From a virus (taxonomy: Duplodnaviria; Caudoviricetes): a stretch of DNA of 64,000 bases. The translations under genes and the position numbers were made by a program. The stretch's first letter is position 1, and every line of letters begins with the position of its first letter. A model generated the notes under the pieces. The model had not been told where the DNA came from, did not search any database, and was given only the letters and a program-made list of their open reading frames with translations. Where the stretch lies: the IMG/VR virus record IMGVR_UViG_3300031555_004524, positions 64,001 to 128,000 of that record, one strand, 5' to 3'. Below are positions 1 through 10,526 of this stretch, one piece after another.

Positions 1-633
1 CATTTTATAGCTGATACCATCTTCAAATTCTTGAATTAATTTATTATATTTATTTCTCAATAGTAACGATCTTACCTTACCATTAAATATATAAGAAACT
101 GCATTTACTGGACATTCTCCTAATTCTGGGAAATCTCCTTTCATATTGATAGTATCAACCTCGATATCGAAATATCCTTTAGTTATTACTGGAGTTTCAT
201 TTTTATATAATTTATCAAATCTAAATCTATAATGGTCATTAATATCCATATCTGAATTAAATACATTTCTCAATGTATGTAATTGTTTATTCGCACCTCT
301 ATTTCCAGATTGAATATTATTATAATAGAAATCTTCATTACCTGTCATTTCAGCTATTGTTTTTAATAATTTTGTATACTGAACTGCATGTTTATCTGTA
401 TCTTTTTGTGGGATAAAAAATAAATTATGCCCAAGCTGTACATAATCTTTTGCAGTATAAAATTCATAATCGGGATTATATATAACTTGATGACTTTTCT
501 TTCCAGTTATATTATTTTTATATAATATGGATATAAAATCATCCATATATTTTCCATTTTCATCTTTCTTTGGATATTGGTAAAAACAATCCAAAATAGA
601 AATATCATCATTAGGTTGATATCCGTGTATCAT
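1..633 (-). CDS. Family B DNA polymerase, N-terminal/3'-5' exonuclease part (runs off the window start)
   Basis: Not in the ORF track. Manual translation from ATG at 633 (RBS AGGAGAGGAG) gives MIHGYQPNDD...KGYFDIEVDTINMKGDFPELGECPVNAVS, containing an ExoI DIE motif; open to position 1. Confidence 0.75.
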   Translation of the reverse strand, partial: MIHGYQPNDDISILDCFYQYPKKDENGKYMDDFISILYKNNITGKKSHQVIYNPDYEFYTAKDYVQLGHNLFFIPQKDTDKHAVQYTKLLKTIAEMTGNEDFYYNNIQSGNRGANKQLHTLRNVFNSDMDINDHYRFRFDKLYKNETPVITKGYFDIEVDTINMKGDFPELGECPVNAVSYIFNGKVRSLLLRNKYNKLIQEFEDGISYKM

Positions 634-746
634 TCGTCTAATCTCCTCTCCTATGATTGATTTACGACTTTACTATGGTGTTTTTATCCTTGTTATTTCT
701 TAAATTTTCTACATTAGGATAATGAAAGAAAGGAGCGATATTTATT

Positions 747-1697
747 ATGGCTGAATTGATAAGACTTATGACTCCAATAGTACCAGATGGTCAAGATGAG
801 TCAAGAAGTATTGAATACACACCTATTAATTTTGATGCTTTAAATAAAAGCTCTATATGTAATAGGGATTTAAACGAAATGGATAACTCCCCAGCTAAAC
901 GTAAAAAAGCATCTAATAAAATATCAGAAGTTACAACTTCTAGAAAAGAAAAAAAATCAAACGATGATGAACCATATTCTAAAAAATATGAAGAAACAAC
1001 TGCTCAATTAAAAACTGCAATCATGCAAGTTGATGCAGCATTAACAGATATTCATTCAGATATACAGCAGATTCGTTCATCTAAAACATTGAAACGTAAG
1101 TATGATTACTTATCAATGATGAATGGATCTATGGGTCAGTTTATTAATACTAAAGTAACAGCTTTACGAGAAATAAACAATACAATTACAAAATGTAATG
1201 AATTTGAACTTAAGAGAGCTAAAGAACTTAAAGCTGATCTTGCTAGTCAGGCCAATGATGATAAAGCATTGATGGATATGTACAATGCATTTATTAGTAT
1301 TCCTACTTCAGCAGGTATGCCTCTTGGTCCAAGTTTACAAAATATTACTAATAGCGGTGCTATAAACTCAGCAACTATTGTAACTAATAGAGAAAGCGGT
1401 GGAGATGCTGGATATGCAGATTATTTAAGTAGACTTAATCCTAGCCAAAGATTAATGTTATATGAAGATGATCCAGATGTACAGCAGGTAGTAATGTATG
1501 ATGAACAATCTGGTTCTAAATGGTTTGAAATCATGAATCTTAGAACAAGAGAAGTTATTGAAGGTGTAAACAAACATGATATGATGTTTATGGAAGATAC
1601 AACACTTGATTTAGATAATAATATTGCAAGAAATATTAATCTTGGTGAATCTTATCCTATAATTAGAGTAGGTAAATCAGTGATGAATTCTTATTAA
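747..1697 (+). CDS. Hypothetical protein (coiled-coil central region)
   Basis: 316-aa ORF with RBS AAGGAG; no recognisable motif. Confidence 0.6.
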   Translation: MAELIRLMTPIVPDGQDESRSIEYTPINFDALNKSSICNRDLNEMDNSPAKRKKASNKISEVTTSRKEKKSNDDEPYSKKYEETTAQLKTAIMQVDAALTDIHSDIQQIRSSKTLKRKYDYLSMMNGSMGQFINTKVTALREINNTITKCNEFELKRAKELKADLASQANDDKALMDMYNAFISIPTSAGMPLGPSLQNITNSGAINSATIVTNRESGGDAGYADYLSRLNPSQRLMLYEDDPDVQQVVMYDEQSGSKWFEIMNLRTREVIEGVNKHDMMFMEDTTLDLDNNIARNINLGESYPIIRVGKSVMNSY

Positions 1698-1707
1698 AAA
1701 AAATAAA

Positions 1708-1734
1708 CCCGTATGCATTAATTTGCATACGGGG
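1708..1734. terminator. Hairpin between convergent genes
   Basis: CCCGTATGCA-TTAATT-TGCATACGGG inverted repeat with an A-tract on its left. Confidence 0.6.
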
Positions 1735-4471
1735 TATTTGTTTGATCAGCATAGCTGAATATAATATTTCCTGCAGGTTTACTATTTCCAACTGGACTCA
1801 ATAATATTATATCTGCATTATCCATTACAGATTCTGTAGCATGTGAAACCATAATACACATTTCTACCTCCAATTCTCTCATAATTCGTTGTACGAGTGA
1901 TATGAAAATAGCTTTATTATCTTGATCTAATCCATGATCAATTTCATCTAATCTTAAAATATTATATTTTGTAGATCCTTGTTTTAATAAAGCGAATCCT
2001 AATATCATTGATATCATACATTTCTGAGAAGTAGAACATGAACTGATATCATCATTTGGTATTGGAGATTCCATACTGATACATGGTATTCTAAACTCTT
2101 TTTCATTAATGACATATTTACCTAACTGCAAAGATCCATCAAATAATGTTGCTAATAATTTATTCGATAAATCTAAAGTTTGTCCCATATATATTTCTAT
2201 GAATAAATTCTGTATACCATCTTTTGTTGGGGATGAGTATTTCTTTATAAGCTCACATAACTCATATTTGTTTTCATATATAGCCATCTCTTCTTTATAT
2301 TCCCTTAATCTTTCAGCAGAGAATCTTAATTTCTCTCTTTCATGTCTTAATGGAATTAATTCATGATTGATATTAGATAACTGTGATTGAATATGATTTA
2401 TTTGTTTTATTGACTCTTCTATACGAATCATATTACATGATATTGCTGATAATTGTTCATCTATAGAAGATTTCATTTCAAATAATTTATTTTTATCTTC
2501 AAATTTTTTCTTCATGTTTGTAATATATAAATGAATATCTTTTATCACGATATCATCTTTTTGAGCATCTAATAATTTTTCATTTTCATATTCTATTTTT
2601 TCTACAATTCCATTCATCTTTCTATTCATATCTTGAATATCATTTTGAATTTCATCTATTATAGAATTTTTACTTTCAAATATTTTATATTCAGATTCCA
2701 ATTGAGATAAAGTTTCTTTATCATGTTTATATAATTCAAATATATTCACCTTATCAATATGAGAATATAATTCATGAATTTCGCTAAAAGTACTACCTTG
2801 AATAAGTCTAGTGAGAAATTCATCTAAATTACTATAGATATACCCATTAGGTAATTTCTTTAATATATTCTGATTGCTTTGAATATTTCTAATAATAATC
2901 TGAATATTTGAAGATATGTTAGCTATAACTCTTAACTGTTTAAGTTTTTCTTCATATCTAATTTTAAGACCTCTATTAGACTCAAGCGATTCAGTTAATG
3001 TAATTTCTTCTAATTCATCATAATCACTCTTAGCCTCCAATGCATCTTTAATAAAACTACATGTATTAATTGTACAGGTTTCAGGTCTATCGTTTAAAAT
3101 AGATATCCTCTTTGTCAATCCAGCTAAATATTGCAGTCTTGACTCCATAGATATCATATCTTCTGTAATTCTGCGCAGATCTGATTCAACTTCTTGTATA
3201 AGATCTATAATGCTCACATTTTCAGAAATATATCTAACTGCAGTTTCTACTTCATTATCATAATGATATGATCTTAAAATATCAACCTGTTCTTTAATAT
3301 CTTTTAAAACATTTAATCCACTAACGAATTCATCTTTTGTCAAAGCAGACGATGGACTAATTCCCATCTCTTTAAACATAGATTCATATTTAATAATATT
3401 ATTTTTCAGTCTCTTTATTTCAATTTCTAATGTCTTATAATTATACTCAGATTTTAAAGCATTTAATTTCTCCACTTTATTTTGTATAGATCGTGCTTCT
3501 TCTTCTCTAGAACTAATAAGCGATTCTATTTTTTGTTGTTGTAAAATTATAATATGCATATTATCATTAATTAACTTTTCATACGTCTTTTCTAATTCTA
3601 AACAACTTTCATAATCGGATATGGTTACTGTTTCAGCCGATGCTATATTTTTTGTTAAAAATAAATCTAATGTCTCTATTTGCTTCATGATAGAAGCTTT
3701 CTGATCCAATAGTTGTAAATATTTTGATTGAATCTGCCCATCTGGATCTGATAATTTAACCATAGATTCAGCTTCTGCTAATAATTTTTCTAATCTAGTT
3801 TTCTCATTTTCCAGATATTCCAATCTCTGGTCAGCTGCAGTTAATGATGAATTTAAATGCTCTTCATTGCCAATTGTATCAATTTTAGCACTTATAGAAT
3901 TTTTCATAGATTTAAATGCAGATGAACGTTTATTCATAGTTTTACATATAATATTATACGCTTCAGTTTTATCTGTTACATTTCCAACATATTTTTTTCT
4001 TTCAGCTGGAGTCTTATCAACTATCCCTCTATTTTCTACAGACATATGAGAAAGCGAAACAAAAGCTGCATCTAGTTTAAACTCTAGATGCAAAATTTCT
4101 TTATATGAACTAATATTACCATTACTATTTAATTCTATAACTTCCCCATTAATAATCTTTTTCAGATATGCTTTAGTTGTCTGTCTATCTCCATTTTTAT
4201 TCACAGGATAAATTATTTGAATCTGATACATAGTTCCATCCTGCATGATATATGTCAGTTCTTTCATACCTTCTTCTTTAGGTAAGAAATTAGATGCTGG
4301 ATCTGGCATTGGATGAAGGGCATCCATTATAGTAGACTTACCAGAACCATTCTTTCCAATAATTAATACTAAATCGTGTTTACATTTAGTGAAATCGATA
4401 GTGATGTCATGCAATCCAGATGCTCTACATACACCAATTAAACCTTTTAATCTTGCATTAATAAGTTTCAT
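1718..4471 (-). CDS. sbcC: SbcC/Rad50 (gp46-like) SMC-family ATPase
   Basis: Walker A GKNGSGKST, long coiled coil with central CxxxxC (CTINTC) hook-like motif, Walker B LRLDEID, H-loop VSH. Confidence 0.9.
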   Translation of the reverse strand: MKLINARLKGLIGVCRASGLHDITIDFTKCKHDLVLIIGKNGSGKSTIMDALHPMPDPASNFLPKEEGMKELTYIMQDGTMYQIQIIYPVNKNGDRQTTKAYLKKIINGEVIELNSNGNISSYKEILHLEFKLDAAFVSLSHMSVENRGIVDKTPAERKKYVGNVTDKTEAYNIICKTMNKRSSAFKSMKNSISAKIDTIGNEEHLNSSLTAADQRLEYLENEKTRLEKLLAEAESMVKLSDPDGQIQSKYLQLLDQKASIMKQIETLDLFLTKNIASAETVTISDYESCLELEKTYEKLINDNMHIIILQQQKIESLISSREEEARSIQNKVEKLNALKSEYNYKTLEIEIKRLKNNIIKYESMFKEMGISPSSALTKDEFVSGLNVLKDIKEQVDILRSYHYDNEVETAVRYISENVSIIDLIQEVESDLRRITEDMISMESRLQYLAGLTKRISILNDRPETCTINTCSFIKDALEAKSDYDELEEITLTESLESNRGLKIRYEEKLKQLRVIANISSNIQIIIRNIQSNQNILKKLPNGYIYSNLDEFLTRLIQGSTFSEIHELYSHIDKVNIFELYKHDKETLSQLESEYKIFESKNSIIDEIQNDIQDMNRKMNGIVEKIEYENEKLLDAQKDDIVIKDIHLYITNMKKKFEDKNKLFEMKSSIDEQLSAISCNMIRIEESIKQINHIQSQLSNINHELIPLRHEREKLRFSAERLREYKEEMAIYENKYELCELIKKYSSPTKDGIQNLFIEIYMGQTLDLSNKLLATLFDGSLQLGKYVINEKEFRIPCISMESPIPNDDISSCSTSQKCMISMILGFALLKQGSTKYNILRLDEIDHGLDQDNKAIFISLVQRIMRELEVEMCIMVSHATESVMDNADIILLSPVGNSKPAGNIIFSYADQTNTPYAN

Positions 4472-4677
4472 ATATTCGATTTCCTTTCTAAAATATATTT
4501 TATTAGTACGTTTTTTGATACGTAAAAAATAAAAAAGACGAAAAATCTCTGGTGCTTCCTAATGAAACACCAGAAACCTTTCATACATTTTACATTTAAG
4601 AGGAACTACTCTATAAACGATCTCTCTAAAACATCGTTTATTCAATGTATTTTAGTGGACAACAAAAACACATTACT

Positions 4678-4980
4678 CTATAGTTCTATCTTTTTCTGCT
4701 TTGGTTTATCATAACCGCGCATAAAATCATTCCACATATTTTCCGTCAATGGTTTAGGTATAGTTCTATCATTACCACACCATTTGATAGGAAATATAGT
4801 ATGACATCTTTTGCATTGAAAATGCGATAATCGTTTTGATTGTAATTTATGAAACGAATTCGAATTTAATAATGATGAATAATATACTGGATTATTATAC
4901 ATATCGTATAATTCAAGAGAAAAGGATCTATTACATATAGGGCATGTATCTTCTCTAATCTTATGAAACAATCTCTTCAT
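4678..4980 (-). CDS. Small Zn-ribbon protein
   Basis: CPIC...CKRC; N-terminus resembles 6582..6854. Confidence 0.6.
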   Translation of the reverse strand: MKRLFHKIREDTCPICNRSFSLELYDMYNNPVYYSSLLNSNSFHKLQSKRLSHFQCKRCHTIFPIKWCGNDRTIPKPLTENMWNDFMRGYDKPKQKKIEL

Positions 4981-5734
4981 CGTCTTCTCCCTTTTTCTTA
5001 GTTTGACTGTATATTTCTGTAAGCATATCTTTTTCAGATGCTATATAGCTATAATCCAATAAATGAATAATATCTGTACTTTCTAATAAATCCATATACA
5101 ATTCAACATGTTTCATCTGATAATTTAATCCTATTTTCTTTAACCTATTAAGAATAACTTCTTTTAATTCTTTCTTTGTTAAAGTAACATTCATGAATGT
5201 ATCCATCATCCATTTAACGTATATAATATCAGGAGCATGAATATCTGTTTGAATAGCTGGAATATATGTGTAATCTGCATTTCTAGGGAAAGATATATAT
5301 CCAAAATTATCTGTTCTAGAAATATGACCAACTATTTTATACATTTCATCAGCTAAATATTCCACATTATTTAAATTCTGTTGAATAGATAATGGTACAA
5401 TAACTACAGCGGTTAGTTTCCCATCATATATAAATTTACCACAAATTATTGTTTCTGCTAATTTATAGTCATTTTCTTCTTCTAATTCAGAATAATCAAA
5501 TACGATAATCATAGCCTGTCTATTTGGATTGAATAATGGTGTTTTAATAACACGCTTATATCGTTTCATATCTTCAAATGAAGAATATCTATAATATAAT
5601 TGTAGCATTGCAGATAATTCTACTGTTAAATCTGGCATAGTCATAAAAGATGATGCTGTTAAAATAGATTTAATAGGCATGAATATCCCCTGCAGTGCAG
5701 TATAAATTTCACTATACATAATTTTACTCCTCAT
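4961..5734 (-). CDS. Hypothetical protein
   Basis: 257-aa ORF overlapping neighbours in an operon. Confidence 0.55.
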   Translation of the reverse strand: MRSKIMYSEIYTALQGIFMPIKSILTASSFMTMPDLTVELSAMLQLYYRYSSFEDMKRYKRVIKTPLFNPNRQAMIIVFDYSELEEENDYKLAETIICGKFIYDGKLTAVVIVPLSIQQNLNNVEYLADEMYKIVGHISRTDNFGYISFPRNADYTYIPAIQTDIHAPDIIYVKWMMDTFMNVTLTKKELKEVILNRLKKIGLNYQMKHVELYMDLLESTDIIHLLDYSYIASEKDMLTEIYSQTKKKGEDDEEIVS

Positions 5735-6563
5735 TTCTATCTATTATTGTAACTTTATGAACAGGTTCTTTATCAGATACTAGCCCAAATACTCGTATAG
5801 ATTCATCAATTATTTTTTCTAGTACGTTATGATACCCATTTCCAACTTTACAAGTTACATATTGAGATACTATATTATTATCTTGACCGTATTTTTGTAT
5901 TCTTATTGCTATATGCAATCCACCAAACACAAAAACTGGTTCGATATCAATATGTTGCCAATAGTGCGAATCTCCGGTGGATAGTTCCACCTTACTATCA
6001 ACCTCTATTCTCAACATTTGAGATGATTGTTTATTTTTTATTTTGTTCAATTCTTCTTCTATAATATAATAGAATATTAATTTAAACGCATTATTACCAT
6101 GATAAGTTTCAGCTGAATAGTTCGCCTCATTGTATAAATTATGGTAATATTGAGATATTGACATCTGATTGTCTATATTACTATTTATAGTAACTTTAGG
6201 AACATAATCAAATGCCAATTCTGATATTTTCCCAGATTTTTCTAATGCATCTAATAACGAATTATACTGATTCTCATGTACAGAACGAGTTCTACTACAT
6301 AAAAGATTAACGTCAGAATCAAGATGTTTCGATATAATTCCAGTTTCATCTAAAAACTCAGAAGGATAGATATGGGCCATACATACACCCATATCCATAT
6401 CTTCTCCTATTGAAACTAATACTATTCTTGTACAATCTATACACAATGCAGTCAATCCTATCAACATTTCTCCTAAATGAATATTGCAGGAACTATTAAC
6501 TGCCATTGATAATTCATAATACATTAAACTTTCAATAATTTTTTCTTTTAAAGTATTAGTCAT
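5724..6563 (-). CDS. Hypothetical protein
   Basis: 279-aa ORF with RBS GAGG. Confidence 0.55.
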   Translation of the reverse strand: MTNTLKEKIIESLMYYELSMAVNSSCNIHLGEMLIGLTALCIDCTRIVLVSIGEDMDMGVCMAHIYPSEFLDETGIISKHLDSDVNLLCSRTRSVHENQYNSLLDALEKSGKISELAFDYVPKVTINSNIDNQMSISQYYHNLYNEANYSAETYHGNNAFKLIFYYIIEEELNKIKNKQSSQMLRIEVDSKVELSTGDSHYWQHIDIEPVFVFGGLHIAIRIQKYGQDNNIVSQYVTCKVGNGYHNVLEKIIDESIRVFGLVSDKEPVHKVTIIDRNEE

Positions 6564-6581
6564 ATATTAACCTCACCACTA

Positions 6582-6854
6582 TTAAAGTTGAAAAGGATTA
6601 TATTCTTTTAACTCTCTTTTTATTTTTGGTAGTGAACTTTTTATACACCAATTTTCACCATGTTTTTCGGCATCATATATAGCATTACATTTACTACATG
6701 CTAAACTAGCTTGATAATGAGAATCAGTAACCTTTCTTTTACTACCCATTGGAGTTAAAGAATATGTAGATATATCTAATTCTACTAATTCTAAATCACC
6801 TAAACAGATAGGACATTGATTAGGTTTTAATTTTGTAAATAATCTTTTGCCCAT
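6582..6854 (-). CDS. Small Zn-ribbon protein
   Basis: CPIC...CSKC. Confidence 0.6.
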   Translation of the reverse strand: MGKRLFTKLKPNQCPICLGDLELVELDISTYSLTPMGSKRKVTDSHYQASLACSKCNAIYDAEKHGENWCIKSSLPKIKRELKEYNPFQL

Positions 6855-6860
6855 ATCTCG

Positions 6861-7148
6861 CTACCTCGCTTGTACTTTCCATATACTTTGACTTGATGTA
6901 TATTTCATATCACTCAAATATCCTTTTGCTACTATAATTGCATCTCCATTCATAGTATCAATTGATGTCTTTGATATTTGGGTATATTTTTTATAGTTCC
7001 CATTAACCCATACTTCTCCAGGAATGTACTTCTTACCTACACGATTATTCACTTCGATAAGCATTTTTTCCTGGGAAGCTGAGTATAAGAAATATCTATA
7101 TTCTTTAGATTTATCTCTATCTGCCACTGTTGCCATCTTTGATTTCAT
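6861..7148 (-). CDS. Hypothetical protein
   Basis: 95-aa ORF in operon. Confidence 0.5.
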   Translation of the reverse strand: MKSKMATVADRDKSKEYRYFLYSASQEKMLIEVNNRVGKKYIPGEVWVNGNYKKYTQISKTSIDTMNGDAIIVAKGYLSDMKYTSSQSIWKVQAR

Positions 7149-7168
7149 CTCCTTAAATTATTATAGAT

Positions 7169-8965
7169 TTAATCAGATGTCATATCAGTATGTTCTATTT
7201 TGTGAAACAGTGGTATCAGTCTACGATTTTCAGAATCACATTTCTGAATAGTTCCCATCATAGATGCAGTTAGATTTAATGAATCATTTATAGCTGCAGC
7301 TCTTGATTCATCAACTGGAATTCCAACATTTCTTCTAAGCATCAGTGACTGTTGGATACCCATGAGATCTCTATATTCTTGCAACATAGAATCTGTTTCT
7401 TCTCTCCAAGTATTAGGTTCTGATACATCAGAAAATGATCCGTCATATAATTCAGCCATAGGACAAAGCATTCCTGTTAAGCCTGGATCACTTGTAGAAA
7501 CAGCGTTTAAATCCAATCTTCCAATATGTGAAGGATGAACTTGTCTATATTGTCTTGGAATGCTAGATGCACTTTCACCTAACCCAGATACACCTTTATA
7601 CGTGAATTTAAGAGATGAAAATACATCTAAATCATTCACCATACCAGTACAGTTAATAAGAGAGTCTCTAGTCATAGCTTTTATTAAGAAATCTGGATAG
7701 GTGTTCAATACTCTTACAATTGATTTTAGAGTAACTTTATTCCCCTTATCAGATATTCTTAAAATACCTCGAACTATCTTCATGCCATATAACATTGCTA
7801 TATATTCAGCATCTCTTATTCGTTTCATAGAGATATCAAGATTATCTTTTACTCGTAATGCTGAGAATTCTCTCAATACCCAAGTTAATACATCATAGAT
7901 ATCTTTCTTCTGATCATCTGGTAAATGTAAATGTTCCTGTGCAGAAATATCGTATATATTTTCTAAAGATTCGAGAATAGATAAACCTTTATCAACACTT
8001 TTATTTCCAAATGATGCACCTAAGCTTTCTAACCAGAATTCTTTAGTATAAATATCATCAAGTATATAATCTTTTGAATTAACTGCTACACAAATTGTAT
8101 AGAATAATGATTGAGCTGCTAAATCTCTATCAAATACAAATTTTGGCATTGCTATATAAATATTATGACGTTTAACTACATACATACTTGGGTCTTCTGG
8201 ATCTTTATCATATAAATATAAATATGGAATATTTAATTTATCTTTAGTTCCATATAACCCATAATGTGCTAACAAATATTTCATAGCAGGAACTGATTTG
8301 CTGAAAATATTTGACTGATAGAATACCCCTGTTAATTGTGAGCCATCAGTACATTTAATCTTTAATTCTTTAGAATCTTCGATATTGTATCTATAGAATC
8401 TAGATGCCATAAACATCAATTTCAATGCTACCATTCTAGCCTTAGAGCTAGATGTACTATTATTATAGGTAGTTTCAATAATCTGACCTGTGCTGGTATA
8501 ATAGTTTCCATAAAGTTTATAATAATATTTATTAACAACCCTAGGAACTTCGATATATACTTTTAAAATATCAGATGTTTTTGTTTCATCTTTAGCATCT
8601 GGATCTGGATTGCTTTCATTATGAACTGCAATGAAGTACTCCACTACCAATAATTTTATATCAGATTCTTTAAGAGAAATATAATCATACACATTCTCTT
8701 CTGTAGGTTTCTTTCGTAATCGTTCTTTTTCATATTGATGAAGAATTTTGTGAATTTCTTCATACGATTCAATAACTGTAAAGTTGAGTACTTGTATAGT
8801 AAATACTCTATTTCTTTGACAAGCCAAGATAACTTTCTTGAGCTCTTCTATAATATAATCTTCACTTTTAGTGATCAATTGTCTATTGAATTGCTCTCTA
8901 TGTTTATCATTATATTCTCTGATAAACTCTCTTTGATTCTTATACATCTTGGTCATTACCTCCAA
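7169..8965 (-). CDS. Phage multisubunit RNA polymerase beta subunit, N-terminal half (probably non-virion RNAP)
   Basis: YRQVHPSHIGRLDLNAVSTSDPGLTGMLCP matches the RpoB fork region [23 protein letters not shown]; split beta subunits are typical of phiKZ/AR9-like phages. Confidence 0.8.
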   Translation of the reverse strand: MEVMTKMYKNQREFIREYNDKHREQFNRQLITKSEDYIIEELKKVILACQRNRVFTIQVLNFTVIESYEEIHKILHQYEKERLRKKPTEENVYDYISLKESDIKLLVVEYFIAVHNESNPDPDAKDETKTSDILKVYIEVPRVVNKYYYKLYGNYYTSTGQIIETTYNNSTSSSKARMVALKLMFMASRFYRYNIEDSKELKIKCTDGSQLTGVFYQSNIFSKSVPAMKYLLAHYGLYGTKDKLNIPYLYLYDKDPEDPSMYVVKRHNIYIAMPKFVFDRDLAAQSLFYTICVAVNSKDYILDDIYTKEFWLESLGASFGNKSVDKGLSILESLENIYDISAQEHLHLPDDQKKDIYDVLTWVLREFSALRVKDNLDISMKRIRDAEYIAMLYGMKIVRGILRISDKGNKVTLKSIVRVLNTYPDFLIKAMTRDSLINCTGMVNDLDVFSSLKFTYKGVSGLGESASSIPRQYRQVHPSHIGRLDLNAVSTSDPGLTGMLCPMAELYDGSFSDVSEPNTWREETDSMLQEYRDLMGIQQSLMLRRNVGIPVDESRAAAINDSLNLTASMMGTIQKCDSENRRLIPLFHKIEHTDMTSD

Positions 8966-9131
8966 ATTGTTTCGTTATTGCTTCCTTATATGAAGCAATT
9001 GCCGCATCTGCAAGTTTTTGAATAGAACTGCCAGCTTTAATAAAAGATTTAGTGACAGTTTCTCTAAAATGTTGTGCAGCTTTTATATGCTTTGATGGCT
9101 CATATTTATCATTCATCATATGAGTCTCCAT
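8940..9131 (-). CDS. Small hypothetical protein
   Basis: Overlaps both neighbours, consistent with an operon. Confidence 0.45.
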   Translation of the reverse strand: METHMMNDKYEPSKHIKAAQHFRETVTKSFIKAGSSIQKLADAAIASYKEAITKQFGGNDQDV

Positions 9132-9819
9132 CTACAACTCCAGTTAAATCAACTGTAATTGTTGTCCCCATAGGATTAGGCACATCTGGACTTTCATCTG
9201 TCAATGTTAATGTAGCTTTAATATCTAAAGCATTGCATACTCTCTCTAACATTTGAATTGATATTCTATCCTTATGAAGTAATCGTTTATCATTTGGATA
9301 ATTAGGACCAAATCTAGGTTCATATTTATCCAAATCAATATGCTTTGCAATAACTGCTTCTTTTAAAGCACGTATTGCTGCGCTATCATCTGGGCCTATC
9401 ATAGGTTTAAATATACTATTAGCACTTGTTAATATTTCATATTCAATATTTCTAACAGCTTCTTGTTTCTCAAGTAATTCTCCAATATCTTTACTACGAG
9501 ATAAATCTATTGCTTTTGACATATGATATTCAGAATTTACTGGATCTTCTGGCATAGAAATTTTATGAAATAAATCTCCTAATATTATACCATGATTTCT
9601 TCTATCATTAGAACTAATAATTGGAAGTGCAACACCATCCACTTCAATAGCAGTTTGATTTTGAATATATGCATCTTTATTATTCATATAATCACTCAAA
9701 TCTACTACATCGTATAATTTCTCATTTATGTTTATTTTAATCATATCCATGTTACTCATATTTTCACCTATTCTATAAAAAATACCAAAAATTAAACCTG
9801 TGTGCCGATAAAGACACAC
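9109..9819 (-). CDS. Hypothetical protein with possible C-terminal XRE-type HTH
   Basis: ISIQMLERVCNALDI resembles the end of a Cro/XRE HTH; true start probably later (MSNMD). Confidence 0.5.
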   Translation of the reverse strand: MCLYRHTGLIFGIFYRIGENMSNMDMIKININEKLYDVVDLSDYMNNKDAYIQNQTAIEVDGVALPIISSNDRRNHGIILGDLFHKISMPEDPVNSEYHMSKAIDLSRSKDIGELLEKQEAVRNIEYEILTSANSIFKPMIGPDDSAAIRALKEAVIAKHIDLDKYEPRFGPNYPNDKRLLHKDRISIQMLERVCNALDIKATLTLTDESPDVPNPMGTTITVDLTGVVDGDSYDE

Positions 9820-9849
9820 AGGATAATTCTTTACTTTTTGAAAATTCTA

Positions 9850-10437
9850 TTAAGCTACTGTTGAAGCATCATCCTTAATAAGAACTTTCATTGGACCATC
9901 TGGCACCATAACTTTCAAAATTCTTCCATCTTCGACACCGATAAGAATCTCAAAGAATCCTTCATGTGTTACCTCTATGGTTTTACCTTCAACTGCAAGG
10001 CTATCACAGAAGTCTACGAGCATTCCTAAAATCTTTCCTTCAATATATGCCATAAGTACTTCTGTAACTGTATATGCTTTATCATGCATTCTCTTGTTCA
10101 CTAATGCCTGAACCTGAGTCTGAGTATTTTCATACACATTTGTGTTTTCGTCGATATCGTTTTTATCGAATGTCCAGTAATAGTTATAGTTATCCTGAGC
10201 ATCTTCATCTTCTTCGTTTACATTATATTCAAGAACAGCTGCCATAATGAAGTTAGATTTGAGATCTTTGAACACTACAGCATTTTTCTGTTTGTTTTTA
10301 ACGATTCTAAGATAATCACTAGCTCCTTCAATAATTGCTTCGAGGAATATTAAAATCTCATTATCTCCTACTTCATACCCCTCAGCCTTAAACACTTCTA
10401 CTGTTTTCTGCGCAAAACTACTTTCATTCAGTTTCAT
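9850..10437 (-). CDS. Hypothetical acidic protein
   Basis: Strong RBS AGGAGG, preceded by a TATATTAT motif. Confidence 0.6.
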   Translation of the reverse strand: MKLNESSFAQKTVEVFKAEGYEVGDNEILIFLEAIIEGASDYLRIVKNKQKNAVVFKDLKSNFIMAAVLEYNVNEEDEDAQDNYNYYWTFDKNDIDENTNVYENTQTQVQALVNKRMHDKAYTVTEVLMAYIEGKILGMLVDFCDSLAVEGKTIEVTHEGFFEILIGVEDGRILKVMVPDGPMKVLIKDDASTVA

Positions 10438-10526
10438 TTCGCAAGTACCTCCTTAAAATTATAATTTTTTGTTATATTATCAAATTTATAATATATAATT
10501 ACTCTTGTGTTTGGGTAATTGTAAAA

